From the NCBI GenBank assembly GCA_000934665.2, contig KZ538086.1:1-64000 (forward strand): 64,000 nt of DNA, in the 5' to 3' direction. This stretch comes from Catajapyx aquilonaris (lineage: Eukaryota). Each line of letters opens with the position of its first letter. Within the stretch, counting starts at the first letter, position 1. Of this stretch, positions 1-12,900 are shown in pieces. The translations under genes were made by a program, and so were the position numbers. Below the pieces are notes generated by a model. It saw only the letters and a list, made by a program, of their open reading frames with translations, was not told where the DNA came from and did not search any database.

Positions 1-121
1 AGATAATCTTAATGGAAACTTTTTATCACATCCTGTGTATAACCCCACCACTCCATTTTTTGGGGGTGTCCCAATATTTTCAGATCAGAGCAAGTATATG
101 CCACAAAATGTATGTAGCCTA

Positions 122-214
122 CACACTGAAAAATGGTTTAGTTGACTCTCGAAGATGGTCAGTTGATCATATCCAGTGTGACTACCCAAGGTAGTCACTC
201 AATTTTTCTGTGTG
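122..214. mobile_element. Small non-autonomous DNA transposon (MITE), ~93 bp, flanked by TA
   Basis: Left end CACACTGAAAAAT (122-134) and right end ATTTTTCTGTGTG (202-214) are inverted repeats with one mismatch. TA lies on both sides (120-121, 215-216). There is an internal perfect 9-bp palindrome GTGACTACC-caa-GGTAGTCAC (178-198). Superfamily not determined. Confidence 0.65.
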
Positions 215-2384
215 TATTGAAACTTCATACGTCATACCAGTGAAAGACAAATTATACAGGATCCTGCGCAGTTGCGAAAAATTGGGAGTGTGGGTGATGC
301 AGAAAATCTTTGCATATTAAAACAACGGAGAATATACATTTTCCGATCGTCGTTTCCCTTGGCAACCATCCTGCTCTCATAATCAGCACTCTGCAGTCAG
401 GGTAGACGTCAGATCTGTCGACGTGCGAGTCAGTTCTAGGGAGCACCCTGGTTCAGGTTTGTTGCATTAAAACACAGTGTAACTTTTCGAATTATTTACA
501 GGACTTGCTTGGCAAATCGAGTTTACATTTTTGCCGGGTCTGCATTATAACAGTGGAACGTAAACATATTTTCCTCCACATGACGAAACGCGCATTTTTA
601 ATGCTAATTTAATAGACCTGCCTATCCGCAGTTGGCTGTATATTTTTCAAACAAATTATCCAGCGACCTTTACTACCGCGTCTAGCAGCACCTATGTAGT
701 GCAGCAACAATCCTGCTAATAAGGGTGGTGGTGGGGAATTTATTTTTCATGCAGTGACGCCACTCGAATCCCCACCTGAGCCCTTTTGCATCGAAATAAT
801 GACTGATGGTGCTTTGGGCGCATGGAATCCGGGGGCTTTGGTGATGCTGACCACACAAGCCACATTTCCGACCTCCCGATAGTGTTTGGCAGTAATCGGT
901 TTCCCGGCATTGCGGCAAGGGCACTTCCCCATGTGTAGTGGTGTAATTTGCGCACTTGCGCCATCCCGCAAGTTTTGTTCGGGTGGACGTCACGTTATTC
1001 CCTTTTGTAACCCACCTATATGCAGAGACCCCCTTATTCAGGCGCCGAAAAGACGCAGGTGCGGCCAACTTTGCAAATGTCACGAGTGGCCCCGGCAGAT
1101 TTTGATGTAGGGCTCAGATAAATGAATAGTCAGAGGAGGGAGGGGCGAGAGTGGAAGGGGGTGTTCAAATTGGACGCCAGAATTCCATGGGAATTTTCCT
1201 AATGCCTCGCATCGCATTTTGAGCTTCGGAGCGACATGGCTGCTAAGGTTTAATGGAGGCCTGGCTTTATGGAATAATCCGGGGTGGGGGCTGGAGAAGG
1301 CCAAGGGATGGTGGTGGTGGTAGAAGGGGAAGAAGGGTGAGATGTTTGATTTACAGCCGATGCATACCAGGCCTAAACAAGAAGGGGTTTGAAACGGATC
1401 CTCATTTATTTTAGTGTTCTCTGTACACGGGAGGGTAGGAGGGCAGAAGCACAGCTATTTTCTTCCCCGCCGAGGAAAAGGGGTTGTGCGGTTTTGGGAT
1501 GGTATCGGAAGTGGAAGCGATAATGCCGACTAATGGTTCGGAGGTTGGCGGAGCTCGCCGCCCTATTTCTCACGGGATAAGACATTGTTCAGGCCGCGAT
1601 GCTGAATAGTGCATGATGACAGGTATCCTGCGGGACGGGGGTCAATGATTTTCGGCTTTCTCTTGACTGGGAGGAGGTCTGGAAGGGAGGGGAAACCTAC
1701 TGTACGTGCCGTGCAGACTGTTTTAAGTCCACAAATGACATTTGCAAGTCTGCGAGAACATTCTCTGCTGGCAGATTAATCAACTTAACGTTACTTTTTA
1801 AAAATTCTACTCGGTCGGTGTTGAAAAATGACCCGTTAATTGGACCCATTAGGGTGTCTGGAGAAACGCAACAAGTTACGAATTTTCCGTTAATTTGCTC
1901 TCAACTAACTGCCTTACACTTATTTGATGCCTGTCTGATAGCGTGTAGTTTTTTACTTGCTTCTCCGGCAGGTCATCACATAACGCAGTTGCGAATCCGT
2001 GACGAGGCAAAGTGAACTGTTGGCAAAGCGCAATTTTCTCATGGAGGCCTGGCTGGCAACTGGTGAATTTAATGCTATTTGAGGATACTGGAGTAACCAA
2101 ACGATGTAGACATTGCAGAGTATGAGTAAATTCTGCTAAACGCAATATTTAGCTTACGTGTTTTGTTGGTACCAATAATTTAATTAGATGAACACAGAAA
2201 TGATTTCCGGGTAATATGTACTGTAATCAATTTAATAGTATCACGAAGTGTATGTTTGTGAATAATTTTATATAATTTGATGACGAGTATTAAATTAATA
2301 TTGGATGGCTTTATTCGAACTTTGGCATTTACTGCCTGGTTGTGTATTTCGTTTCAATGTGAAATTGAAGTGTAGCTGTCTTTA

Positions 2385-2417
2385 CTAATGATCATTTTTG
2401 TTTCATTGCAGGTAAGT
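2385..2417 (+). other. Recursive splice site (ratchet point) 1: branch point, pyrimidine tract, CAG|GTAAGT, junction 2411/2412
   Basis: Sequence reads tttaCTAATgatcatttttgtttcattgCAG|GTAAGT. CTAAT branch motif is at 2385-2389, with no AG between it and the acceptor AG (2410-2411). A perfect donor hexamer GTAAGT follows at 2412-2417. This juxtaposition is the established consensus of Drosophila-type recursive splice sites. Confidence 0.8.
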
Positions 2418-2479
2418 TCAAGTCCCGAATGCATAGCGATACCTTCATGCGCTGGTAACCGAAGGTATTAAAGGAGACC
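2412..2479 (+). other. Cryptic RP exon downstream of ratchet point 1 (68 nt to ACC|GTAAGT at 2480; alternative 53-nt end at AAG|GTATTA, 2465)
   Basis: Second GTAAGT at 2480-2485, with weaker donors at 2455 (CTG|GTAACC) and 2465 (AAG|GTATTA). The 68-nt version has stops in all three frames. Neither 53 nor 68 is a multiple of 3. Confidence 0.5.
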
Positions 2480-3910
2480 GTAAGTAGACAAATGACTGGG
2501 CTGAATTACGACGAGAGTATCATCCTGTCGCCATACCTCCCGCGAGATTTTCACTTATCAAGGCTCGCAGAGTTGGAGTCGATGCTGACAGATGCCCCCC
2601 TCCGACACTTTCCTTTTCTGCTGGTTGCGGGAGAGCTCCAGCGAGGGAAGAAGACGGGGGAAAAAAACACCCTCGACTGTGGCTCCCCCTTTCCTCCTTT
2701 TTGCCTCTTTCTCTTCTTTGAAGCCCACAGTATCGCCTGGAAGCGTCGGTAGCGTCGAGGCTTTATCCGTAACGCGACCTTTGATTTATGTGCCCATTTG
2801 ATATATCCTTTGGCTGCACCCCCATGATGAAATACTTCCGAAGGATTGGGAAAAAGACGTGATTTTGCTTCCAAATCAAGTCAAATTTTCCTTTTTCGAG
2901 CACCCTCATTTATTATTATTGGATGGTCGGTGGAGGGAGGGCAACCATCTTTAAAGAGAGGATTAAGTCAGCATATAGACACGAGTAGTTGTTGGCATTT
3001 GAAATCTGAAGTACCTGGTATGCGGCACGTGTAAATGCAACTCGGGAAAGTTTCCGTTTTTCGTATGTGAAAGAATGATAGGACAAGATTGACGAGTGTC
3101 AACACATTTAGAGCAATCAGTTCAGCCTTGCATTCGCAATCAAAACGCAATGAGTCGGGAGGTTTCTACCTTTGTGCCTGGCTCTTAGCGTGTATCATAT
3201 TCTCAGGCAACATCAGGAAACCATTCCTTTTGTATAGGTTAAGGTGTGCTTCTCATTGTCGCAGCCGTAATGAAGCCGTACAGTAACGCGTTTGTGAACG
3301 TGCCCACTACAGCATATCATGTTGAGAGATTCTCATTTCAGGCGACTGCTTTGCATATTGTTTCTGAACGCTCCCAGCCTTATCTAAATTAGCAGGTGCG
3401 CCATTCACCATCGGATTATTTCAGTGAACGAAAAGCAGCCGACTCGGCAAATTCTGCTGGCGGCAATTAGGATTTTTTATTTTCGACAGGTCTCGACGAC
3501 ACACACTTTCACACTCGAAGGTAGTGAAAGTGCGTGCTTTCTGAACTGCTTGTAAAGGGAGTCTGGCAGGAGTTTCACAGAGAACAATGCAAGACCCGTG
3601 TTATGCATCAAATAGGTTAGTAGCAATCTTGGCAGTGGAGGGGGTAAGAGGGACCCTTATGACGGTTATGGGCTCCTTATTCTTGCCGACTGTCTCTTGC
3701 CAGCCTCCTCTAACTTCTCCTTGGTCCGGGTCTCAAGGGAGTCAAGACGCTCCACCAACTCCGAGTGGATGTTATAGCCGACTGGTAATGAAACAGAAAC
3801 ATAAAGGCAAATGAAAGCAAATCATAAAATCCCCGAATGGCCCGGTTTGGCGGGTCAAACTGACTTTTAAAATTCCAGAGTCGTCCCAGCCGGCGCAGTT
3901 AGTATGGGGT

Positions 3911-3937
3911 GGGGGGGGGGGGGGGGGGGGGNGGGGG
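3911..3937 (+). repeat. Poly-G tract (contains one N)
   Basis: G run 3911-3937 with N at 3932, flanked by further G tracts. Confidence 0.9.
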
Positions 3938-6900
3938 TGGGGGAGTTGGGTCGCAGTGGAGGCCGGTATATATAATATGTATAAGCGAAGTGATTTGAGT
4001 TCCTCTTCCCGGAGGGCACGGTTACTAAAATTTATACGCCATCTACGGCCCGTCCGGCGGCGTCACTTGATTATTATTCTTTGGAGGATGCACTGGCACC
4101 GCGACGTGAAATCGCCTTTGATTTAGCTGTACCAAATCGGGCTTGAATCCCGGCGCATTAGTTGTCTGGTGGCAGGGGAGTTGGCTTGGAGTAGTAGTTG
4201 CTGGTGCCGGAGTCTTCTGCCGCTTGCCTGCCTCCAACATGGCCTCAAAGAAAAAGACAGGGAGTAATTGCGCGGAACATCCAGGGAACTCCACCCCACT
4301 GCCTTCCCCACCCTCCTCTCCCCACTTACCGACTTCAGGACTCTTGTTGGCGGACGACAGCATATTAAAATTCATACGTGTTAGCATCTCTTTTCTCTCT
4401 CGGGGTGTGCAGCCGAGTAATCGATTGGAAACAATAGCGGTTGACAGTGATTTCCCCATTTATCAGCACCTCTTGGGGTGACGTAGAGAGGGCCCATTTG
4501 TACCCGTCCGGGGGAAGGAGTGGGTCAGGACTTTCACATGGCGAGCATCCTGCGGCTGCTCTACTTCTACTGCAATGCGCAGGCATCGCCTGGATCCTAT
4601 CCAGCCACTGAAGGAAGGCTCTGAAGACTATGAATATCTTGTTCTTGCTATCGGGGTGGTGGTGTGCTTTGCTATAGGTGAGGGAGGGAGGAAGGGAGGC
4701 TTGCGTGGTCGGTGGCGCTGGTGGAGGTGGCAGCTGGAACCATCCCAATTGCCATCATTGCAGGACGCTCCTCTGCCACTCGACTCTACTACAGGGTACT
4801 CTAACAAGGGCGCTGCAATTAGCTGACACAGAGGGGAGAGGGGGAGGGGGCAAAAGCGCGTAGTTGTTTTAGCGCGTACAGTGAGAGCACTGGAATTGAA
4901 ACTGCATTGGATGCCTGGTATTGGAGCACCCCTTCCGTACGAGGCGGAATTCCCCAACTATTTGCCAGTATTTCAAGCAGTTGTGTGCGATAAGCAATTT
5001 ATGTAGCTAATATCTGGTCGTGTGATGGGGAGGGATCGCAAGGCCAATGTATAGGAGAGATCAGAACAGGTCACCAATTATCTAGACACGAGTCTGAGAT
5101 ATTCATGAAAGTGTGATACCAGCTCAATCAATCTTCCCGCCTAAAAAACACATCACACAGCGACGCCATTGATCTAAAAATAAATAAAAGTACAGATATA
5201 AACTTATACAGATGCCATTAAATATGGCAGGTATTCGACTGGCGCGTGCCCTATAAATATGAACACCGAAAATTAAAATATGTACTCAAACAGGAAATTT
5301 ACTAACTTAAAGGCAAGTTTAACTTGTGAAATATTCAGGCCGCATTTACATGCTCACAGTAACCATCCGACATAGGTGGATTATTTCGCGTGATGCACAG
5401 CTGTTTTTTTAAATAAAATTTATTGCTGTTTGTGAGGATTTGCTCAGATTCTTCGCAGATATTCGCCTCGAAGCTGTGGCGGACACAAGTGTGTTGCCAA
5501 TCAGCAGTGTGTGAAGCTTAATCCGTTAATTTGATATAAAGTGACTCTGCTGACCATTTTTCTTACAATGTTATTTTGAACCACCACTGCACTGGCGCTT
5601 CTCCTCGCTGCCTCGACCCAGCTCGTCTCAGGCCTCGACACACCCGGAGCATATTTTTGTTTTTCATCCGACTCACTCAGTCCCAGGTGATGGCAAAAGA
5701 GGTTCTTTTTTTTCCACTTGGGAGAAAACTTGGCTTTCTATATCCCTGCACATTCCGCCCCTCCCTCCCCGCTCCCTGGCAGGCAAAAGAGGAGGAGGGG
5801 GCGCAATATGGCGTAAGAGGGGGATTCTCCAGGAATGAGTATGGGTCTCGAGGGAGTTGTGTGAACGCCATTGCACTTTCTACTATTGCTTCGGCAGGTG
5901 GGGGTTTATGGAGATGTTTGTATTTTGAGGGGTTGGCGGGTGGCGGGGAGAAACCGAAACCTGGCTTTTTGTGTACGAGTATGTCTCGATATTAGGGATG
6001 CAATGCGTTTGTGGATGGAGAAGTCTCTTTTTTATGGAGGGTTCGGGCGATGACTTTTGATTTGTGGTAATCTGTGGATGTAGAGGTAGGAGGACTTCAG
6101 ATTGGAAATATCGTATCAATTCAATGAGTAAATTGGAGCATAACATACACACCCACGTCACTTGCGTGATTGCTATTTTTTTTTGGGTGCACCAGTTTGT
6201 AGTACACAAACAATAAGAAATAATTTAGCGATTCAGGGACATGGTTAGCTTGATGCGCATGTTACATTACAAATGACGTGACGGCCAAAAACGAACCGAA
6301 AATGGGAACCACAGGTGCGGTAAGAAATAAGGTCGCAGTTTTCAGACCACTTTCAGACTGTATCTATCCCAGAGATAATAAGCGTTTGTGTTTATTTGGA
6401 AGTGGAAGGGATTGACTGCTTCGTGGATTTCAGAACTGAGTGATCTCGTAATATACAGCAGAAGAAATTGTTCAAGTGTCACCCCCGAAATGATATCTCC
6501 TACAGAAATAACTCAGATATCTTGTTTTTATGTCAATTTTAGGCCAACTTAATAGAAATTGACATGCATCACTTCTGATATTTGCAGGGATAGTGTGCTT
6601 TTTCCGTTTTTTTGTTGCGGCTTGTGGCCCTTTAAAGTTATATGTTTTTTTTTTGGGGGGGGGGGGTTGATGAAAATCGCCATAGGGATGTTTTGATGTC
6701 ATGTTGTTGACTATGAACAGCTAAAGATCCGTTCCCTGTAACGTGAGTAAAAAATCAACTTTAATTTTAACGGAGAAATATTTGAGTGCTCTTTTTCATG
6801 CCCGTATCGCCTTGGGCTTCCCTTGGTGCTTTGTTATTCCTACATACACGTATTTTATCTGCACAATTTTTTTACTGCCTTGGTAATGCCTGCTAGTACG

Positions 6901-9900
6901 CGTGTATGACATGGATAGTAATGCAAAACTAACACGGCTGTTTTGAATTGTACTGGCCATTTATTAAGCTATAGATCATACGCGCGTATTAATAATGGTC
7001 ATAATGCATAATATGTGTTTATTTACAATTATGAGGCTTCTATGTAAAGTTAATGCATTGAATTAACTCGTTCCAGTTATCAAAACATATCGCTTAGCCC
7101 AGGAAATGATGGTCGCGCGTGTACTCACTCTGATTGCAGCCAGTGGCAGGCAAAATGGATCGGTGTTGCTTGCTTACCATCTCTCCAGCCGGTGGCAAGA
7201 GATTTCCCTCACGTTTGGAAGCAATAAGAGGCGTTGGATTTGTATCGTAAAAAGCGGGCGTGTCGGATTTTCTACTAATGAAACTCAGGACGGAGAAAGT
7301 TGGATGTTTTACGCAGCGTCCCTTGTTGCATGTCAACCCTGGCCGTTAACGGGCTTGATCGCCATTGGGAACACCCACACGTGTGCGTCGTCATTACTAG
7401 CAAATGTTTAGGGTTTCATTTGCGCTGACAATCGCTAAATTCGGATTCAAAGCGTTGGTTAGTACGAGTAATGAGGTGGGCCCACCTGACAATTGAGTGC
7501 GAACAGGACTTGGGGACGACGATGCCTCCACTCTCTTCTCTCTCATGTTATTCCGCATGCGACCCCAACCAAAGTCGAGATTTTTATTCGCCCTCTCTCT
7601 CTGTTTTTTTTGTGCATTACTCCGGGACTTGCCCCTATGGGATAACGTCGAAGAGAAGTCCGCCCGTTCCGGGTCTGTTATTATTACTAGTCGCATAAAG
7701 AAGCAGCCGAGTTAAATTGGTTCTTTTGGGGATGCGTGTGTCTGTGTGTGGGAAGGAATTTTACTGTGCAATTTTCGGGGGGAAATCTGCTCTTCCCATT
7801 CTGCTGCTTTCCTCCATCGTAATTACGCGACTTCCGGACATCCATTACCTTTATTTCGGGGGCTCGGTTTGGAAGGGAAAGTAAGGTCTTATATATATTT
7901 TCTCTTTCTCCTATCCCCCTCTCCTTCCTCCTTGTAGCTTTAGGATAGTGCAATTTTTCTCTCTCCTTTTTTCTTGGGAGCCTGGATTTGGCTGTGTGCC
8001 TTCTTCAATCGGGGGTTCACACTGAAAAAACTCGGGACTGTGGAGTGTTTGGGGGGCACCTGACAAAAAATCATCTCGGGCCAGGTTGTCGGCGAGGAGC
8101 TCTTTTTTTTACAAGGGTTTTCATGCTGTGTCGGACACGTCATTGTTGTGGCAGTTTGGGGGGTATCCAATGGGGACCAAAGTGTAATGGACTGCCTGCA
8201 CGTCGATCGCTTGGAATGCGGACGAAATAGTCTGGTTGGAATTCCTCCTGCTGAGAAGCTTGGAAGGAACTCCCTAGTGCTGTATACATCACGTTCATGA
8301 AGGCAAGAGATCCCTATCGGTAACAAGTTGGCTTTCGGGAGTGGGTTGGGGAAGAAAAGCAGCGATACTCTATATGTACAGAGGACGGAGTGGAGACAAG
8401 GAAAAAAGAAATACGCAAAAAGTCCGAAGGTTTAGGTTGTTGCAGGCCTTGGGGGTGGGGGAGGGTTTTCTTGTGTGGTCGGAAGCTGAATCGATGTGGG
8501 TTCTTCTGTTCTGGGAAGGACCGTTACTCCCCAAATGCAAACATATACCAATCGAGAGGGGGGCAGGGGTGGTGGGAGGAGGAAAAAATGGTGATTTGAT
8601 TTCTGAATTTGTCGGTCCGGAGTCGCCTCCAGTCCTTCTTTTCCTTCCCTCTTTTGCCTTCTCGGTGATGTATGCAGTTCAAGCCAGCCATTTCAAGTCA
8701 CGATGCCGCCCATCTGGCCTGAAAAAGTATATAGGGGAGGAGGAGGGGATTTTTCTCCATTATGTTTGTCTAACAATATGATTTTCCAGGGACCCTAGAT
8801 TTACCCCAGAGGGCAAACTGTAAACCCGAAATGTCGAACCATCAAGGATATACACAGTAATGGGGCCCCTGTGTCACCCGCGCAACTGTGTGCCCCCCTT
8901 TAAAAGTGTCGCTGACGCAAAACTGCAGCACATAAGGCTGGCAGGCGCTCCCAACGTCAGGGGTGATTATTTTTCAACAGCAGTGTATATTACAATAAAT
9001 GAAAACGTAAATGCCTGGCAGGTCCAATATATGGCGGGACATGTTGACCCTTCCATATTTTATATTCTTGTTAAAAGCGGAGCAAAAAAGGCCAATTTGC
9101 GGTCACGTTTTGCGGCAGGGGAAGGCAGTTACAATGTATTAACTTGGTTCCATCCGCACATGACGCTGATGGGATTACACAAAGAAACAAATATTAAGCG
9201 TGAGTGATGGGCGCAAACAAGGCCACTACATGCCGTGTTAGGTGTCGCATTATTTTATCTCTTGCTCTGGATGCAGCGAACTAGGATTTATGCCCCGTAT
9301 ACATTACGAGGGTGCGTGTGTCCAGCCCTGCTGACCTGGATGGAGGATGGGTTAAATTTTTTTATTGTTATTAATTTGAAAGAAAAAAAAATCAAATAAT
9401 GGGCCAGGTGAGAATAAAAGGGCGCGGTGCAGCTGACGGCAGGGTCTTCGAGCCTGAACGCTTCTGTTGCAAAGGATTTACAATTGATGCTGAAGCGTTT
9501 CCGGAGTCTTAGTCCGCTGCGTTGAGTTCACGCTCGGAATTGGCGGCGGGCTCCAAAGTTTCCACTTCGTGTCGGGAACAATGAGCAATTAATTTACGCA
9601 CGTCTTCAGGAAGCGTGTTGACGTGGAAGACCCCGGAATGGAAGCCAGAGTTTGGGAAACCTCCCCTGGCCTAATAATGGGAGAGGGAGAGAAAGAGCAG
9701 GGGGGGGGGGGGGAACTCAGGGCTAATAGGCTTTGTAAGTGGGCCGTGATAAATATACAGTAGGATTGGGAAAGGTGGCGAGGATTTGGCCCACCTTCTG
9801 TATCGACTTGCGGTGCTGTTGGGTGGGGGGGAGGAAAATATTGGCGGATAACATGACGCCTAGGTATAGGGCTGGGATTTGCTTGCAAAATCATACGTTT

Positions 9901-12900
9901 TATCTTTGACCAGTTGCTTTTGATCGGCCGGCACAAGGATGTTTTTAAATATTTTGATACACAGAGAAGCCTCATTGAGTGCGAGCTGCATGGGCTGGCC
10001 GCCAATCCCACTAATTGCTAGGGCTGATGAAATCTGATGCGCAAGGTTAACGCTCGCTCCAATTCAAGCATGAAGTCATGAACTAAACAGAAGCTGCTCT
10101 GGATGTGTGTGGGGGAGGGAGGAGGGGCTGGAAAAAAAAATCCTCCACTTACACGCTTTATTTGATGACGAATTGAAGGGACTGTTTTCATTGCATGCTA
10201 ATTACACGGCCGCAGGTTTTCATGTGTTCCCAATCATACATGATTACGTTAGTTGGTTTTAAAAAGTGGTTTCCGGGTTTCATCGTGCGGTGTCGGTGTG
10301 TGAGCCTTCCAGGGAAGGTATAATTACGTAATCCTGCATAAGCTACTCGCCAGATATTTATAGTTTCAGGACGTGTGATGGCGATTTGTGAAGTCTGAAT
10401 TTTGAGTTGCTGAGAGCATAATAAGATGGCATAGTGGAGCGTTTTCTCCATCGTAGGGCCGAATTAATGTGTGCCAACAGTTGAGCTACAGCTATACCCA
10501 TGCTGAGAAAGTAATTTTGTGCCAGTAAATTATTTATAGACGATATTAATTTTCTTTCGGCTGCGCAAACATGTATTTCCCAAGAAATATATTATTTCTA
10601 CGAGAAATCCCTTTTACAAAACGCTGCAAATCGATAATGCACTTATAACAAAGAACTTTGTTGTTCATATAAGTTACATATTGTATCATTTCCTTAAAAA
10701 TTCTTACCGGATACCTATTGCAAGCATCTCGAATGCCATCTGCTTGGATTTGAAAAAGGATGGCATCACTTGTCTAGGCCCAAATAAACTGTGCCTTCTG
10801 GGTAAAGCAGCATATGCTAGTAATCAATGTGCATCCATAGGTGTATACAACACCCATGTATGGATTCGCCGATAAAATAGCGTAATCGTGTCAGCATGTG
10901 CACGCTTGACTTACTGCCACTTTTTTGTTGTTGAAAAAAAAAATCTCTTCTCATAGATCTGCACCGCTCTTGTTTGAACACCCTGTACCACCTGCTATAG
11001 AATTGGGAGGGTTCCCATGGGGGTACATCATATGGATTAGAGATAGCAGTGGGATATAGGTGAGGTTTTTTGTGTGGATGTTATTATTAGAGTGGGTTTT
11101 TGCAAACATGACCTACATTTTCCACTCATTATACCCACCTGTTCTGCGAGTATGTAATTGAATGTCGGTCAAGGGGGAAACAAAGTTGTTTCAGCGTACA
11201 CCCGATTAAATCCGTGTTGCATTATGCATGCTTGTTTAACTCGCTCTTCAAACGGGATTTTCAATCCGGAATTTTGCCGCAAGTGTTTGTGGCATGAATG
11301 ATTTACAATCGCGCTGGAAAAGATGGCGTCATGGTTACCCAACCCTCAGCAAACATGCTGTGTGGTGTGGAGCCCAAAGGTGTGCGCCACATTTGCCATT
11401 GATCGCCGCAGGTTTCCGCTGCCAGGCTTCAGGTGAAGGGCTTATCTTTTGTCATTCGCGCGTCGAAATCTCCAAATGTAGAGGCCAAGTAGAGCACTCA
11501 AGTGGACTCTCATCTGCGCGGGTGATCATTGACGCTGACGAAGAGACTTGAAGTGGTCGCCCGGTGCATGCCTTTGGAGGGAATGGATTTCGCTTGCTCT
11601 TGCATCACAAAGCAGGCCCGAAAACAGAGACTTTGGTAATGGCTGGGTCGGGTAAAGGGTGGGTGGGTGGTAGAGTGGAGGGGGGGGGGGTTTTGATGTG
11701 GCGGCTGGCCGGCTTTTGTTTGTGGGTGGGTGGCTGCCTTGCTTCTGGGGGTGCACTTCGAACTGGGAAAAGTGCCCGCGACGTCCTGTCTGCGATGCAG
11801 TTGGTCCAGCCCATGGAAATGAGTGCAAACACAGGCGGGGTTTGTGCTTTTGTGGGAGGAAGGGAGGGAGAAAGTAGTTGCCAAGATGCAGGCCCCCCCG
11901 GTTTTCTGGCCTTTGCCAAAATGTGCTTTTCGGGGGGAGGAGGAGAGATCCCTTAAATGTATCGCATCTTCCAGACCGAATTTTGCGTCTGTTGCCAAAC
12001 GCTTGATGATGTTGGGATTAATTTTTTTTTTTCCTGCCCTTCTGATGACCCAGGCAGCTGAGCACTGGTCGTTCAATAGAGCATAATCCATGCCTGTACG
12101 TAATTATTGATGATTGATCTCCATGTGAATTGACCGGAAAAAGGCAAACATGTGATCGTATGTGCATAATTTAGCGAGTTTGCGCTCGTGTTTTTTTATT
12201 GATACAGATCAACTTCAAACAGTCATTTTTCGTCACTATGTGATGCTGATTCATTATTAATGGACGCACAGCGTCATGCACTGCCAGTTTGTTAGCTGCA
12301 AAAAGCAAAGCAACAACATTAAAAAAAAATCCGAGGCCATTTATTTTTATACTGTACACTCTGTGATCCTGTTGAATTTGGTGTACTTTATGGCATTTCG
12401 AGGGAGAGTCTGTCAGACCATTATTGAGAATAGTCTAGGCTGGGCTATCCAATTTTGAATTTATTCCACGATCCATAATGTTATTGTATCATACGGCCTG
12501 ATGTAACGCCGTTTTTTAAAAATTGAACACCTCTTTTTGGAGGTTTTGCCACAGCACTGTGAGCACTATTTGCGCGATTTATAGCCTATATTTGTTGCTA
12601 ATCATTAGATCAGTCTTTCATTCGAGTGACGTGCATTCCAGGTATAGTGTAATGATTAGTGGTGATCTGATTTTGGAGTTCCTTGGTACAGGGAGCTAGC
12701 TCACTTTGGATGGAGTTTGTATTGGCACCAAAACTTCATTCCCCTGCTAGATTAAACCCCAACATCCTGAGAAGGAAGGCGGACTGATTAATATTGCATG
12801 CGTGGATGTTGTAAATCCTCCATGGACGTCTCAGGAAGTTGGCGAAAGTCAGCCCCATCTCTACCAGGCCCGAAAGTATTAATGGCAAGAAGGTAAACTT

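Noticed and set aside
1949..1977. Acceptor-like ttttttacttgcttctccggcAG|GTcatc as a third ratchet point
   Set aside because: The pyrimidine tract is good, but the regenerated donor GTCATC is far from consensus.
3473..3526. Possible 31-nt micro-exon (ttttcgacAG|gtctcg...gaag|GTAGTG)
   Set aside because: Both potential donors (GTCTCG, GTAGTG) are weak and there is no clear branch point.
4660..4683. ctttgctatAG|GTGAGG junction
   Set aside because: The donor is plausible, but upstream sequence is G-rich with no pyrimidine tract or branch point. The preceding ORF (4575) has no recognisable homology.
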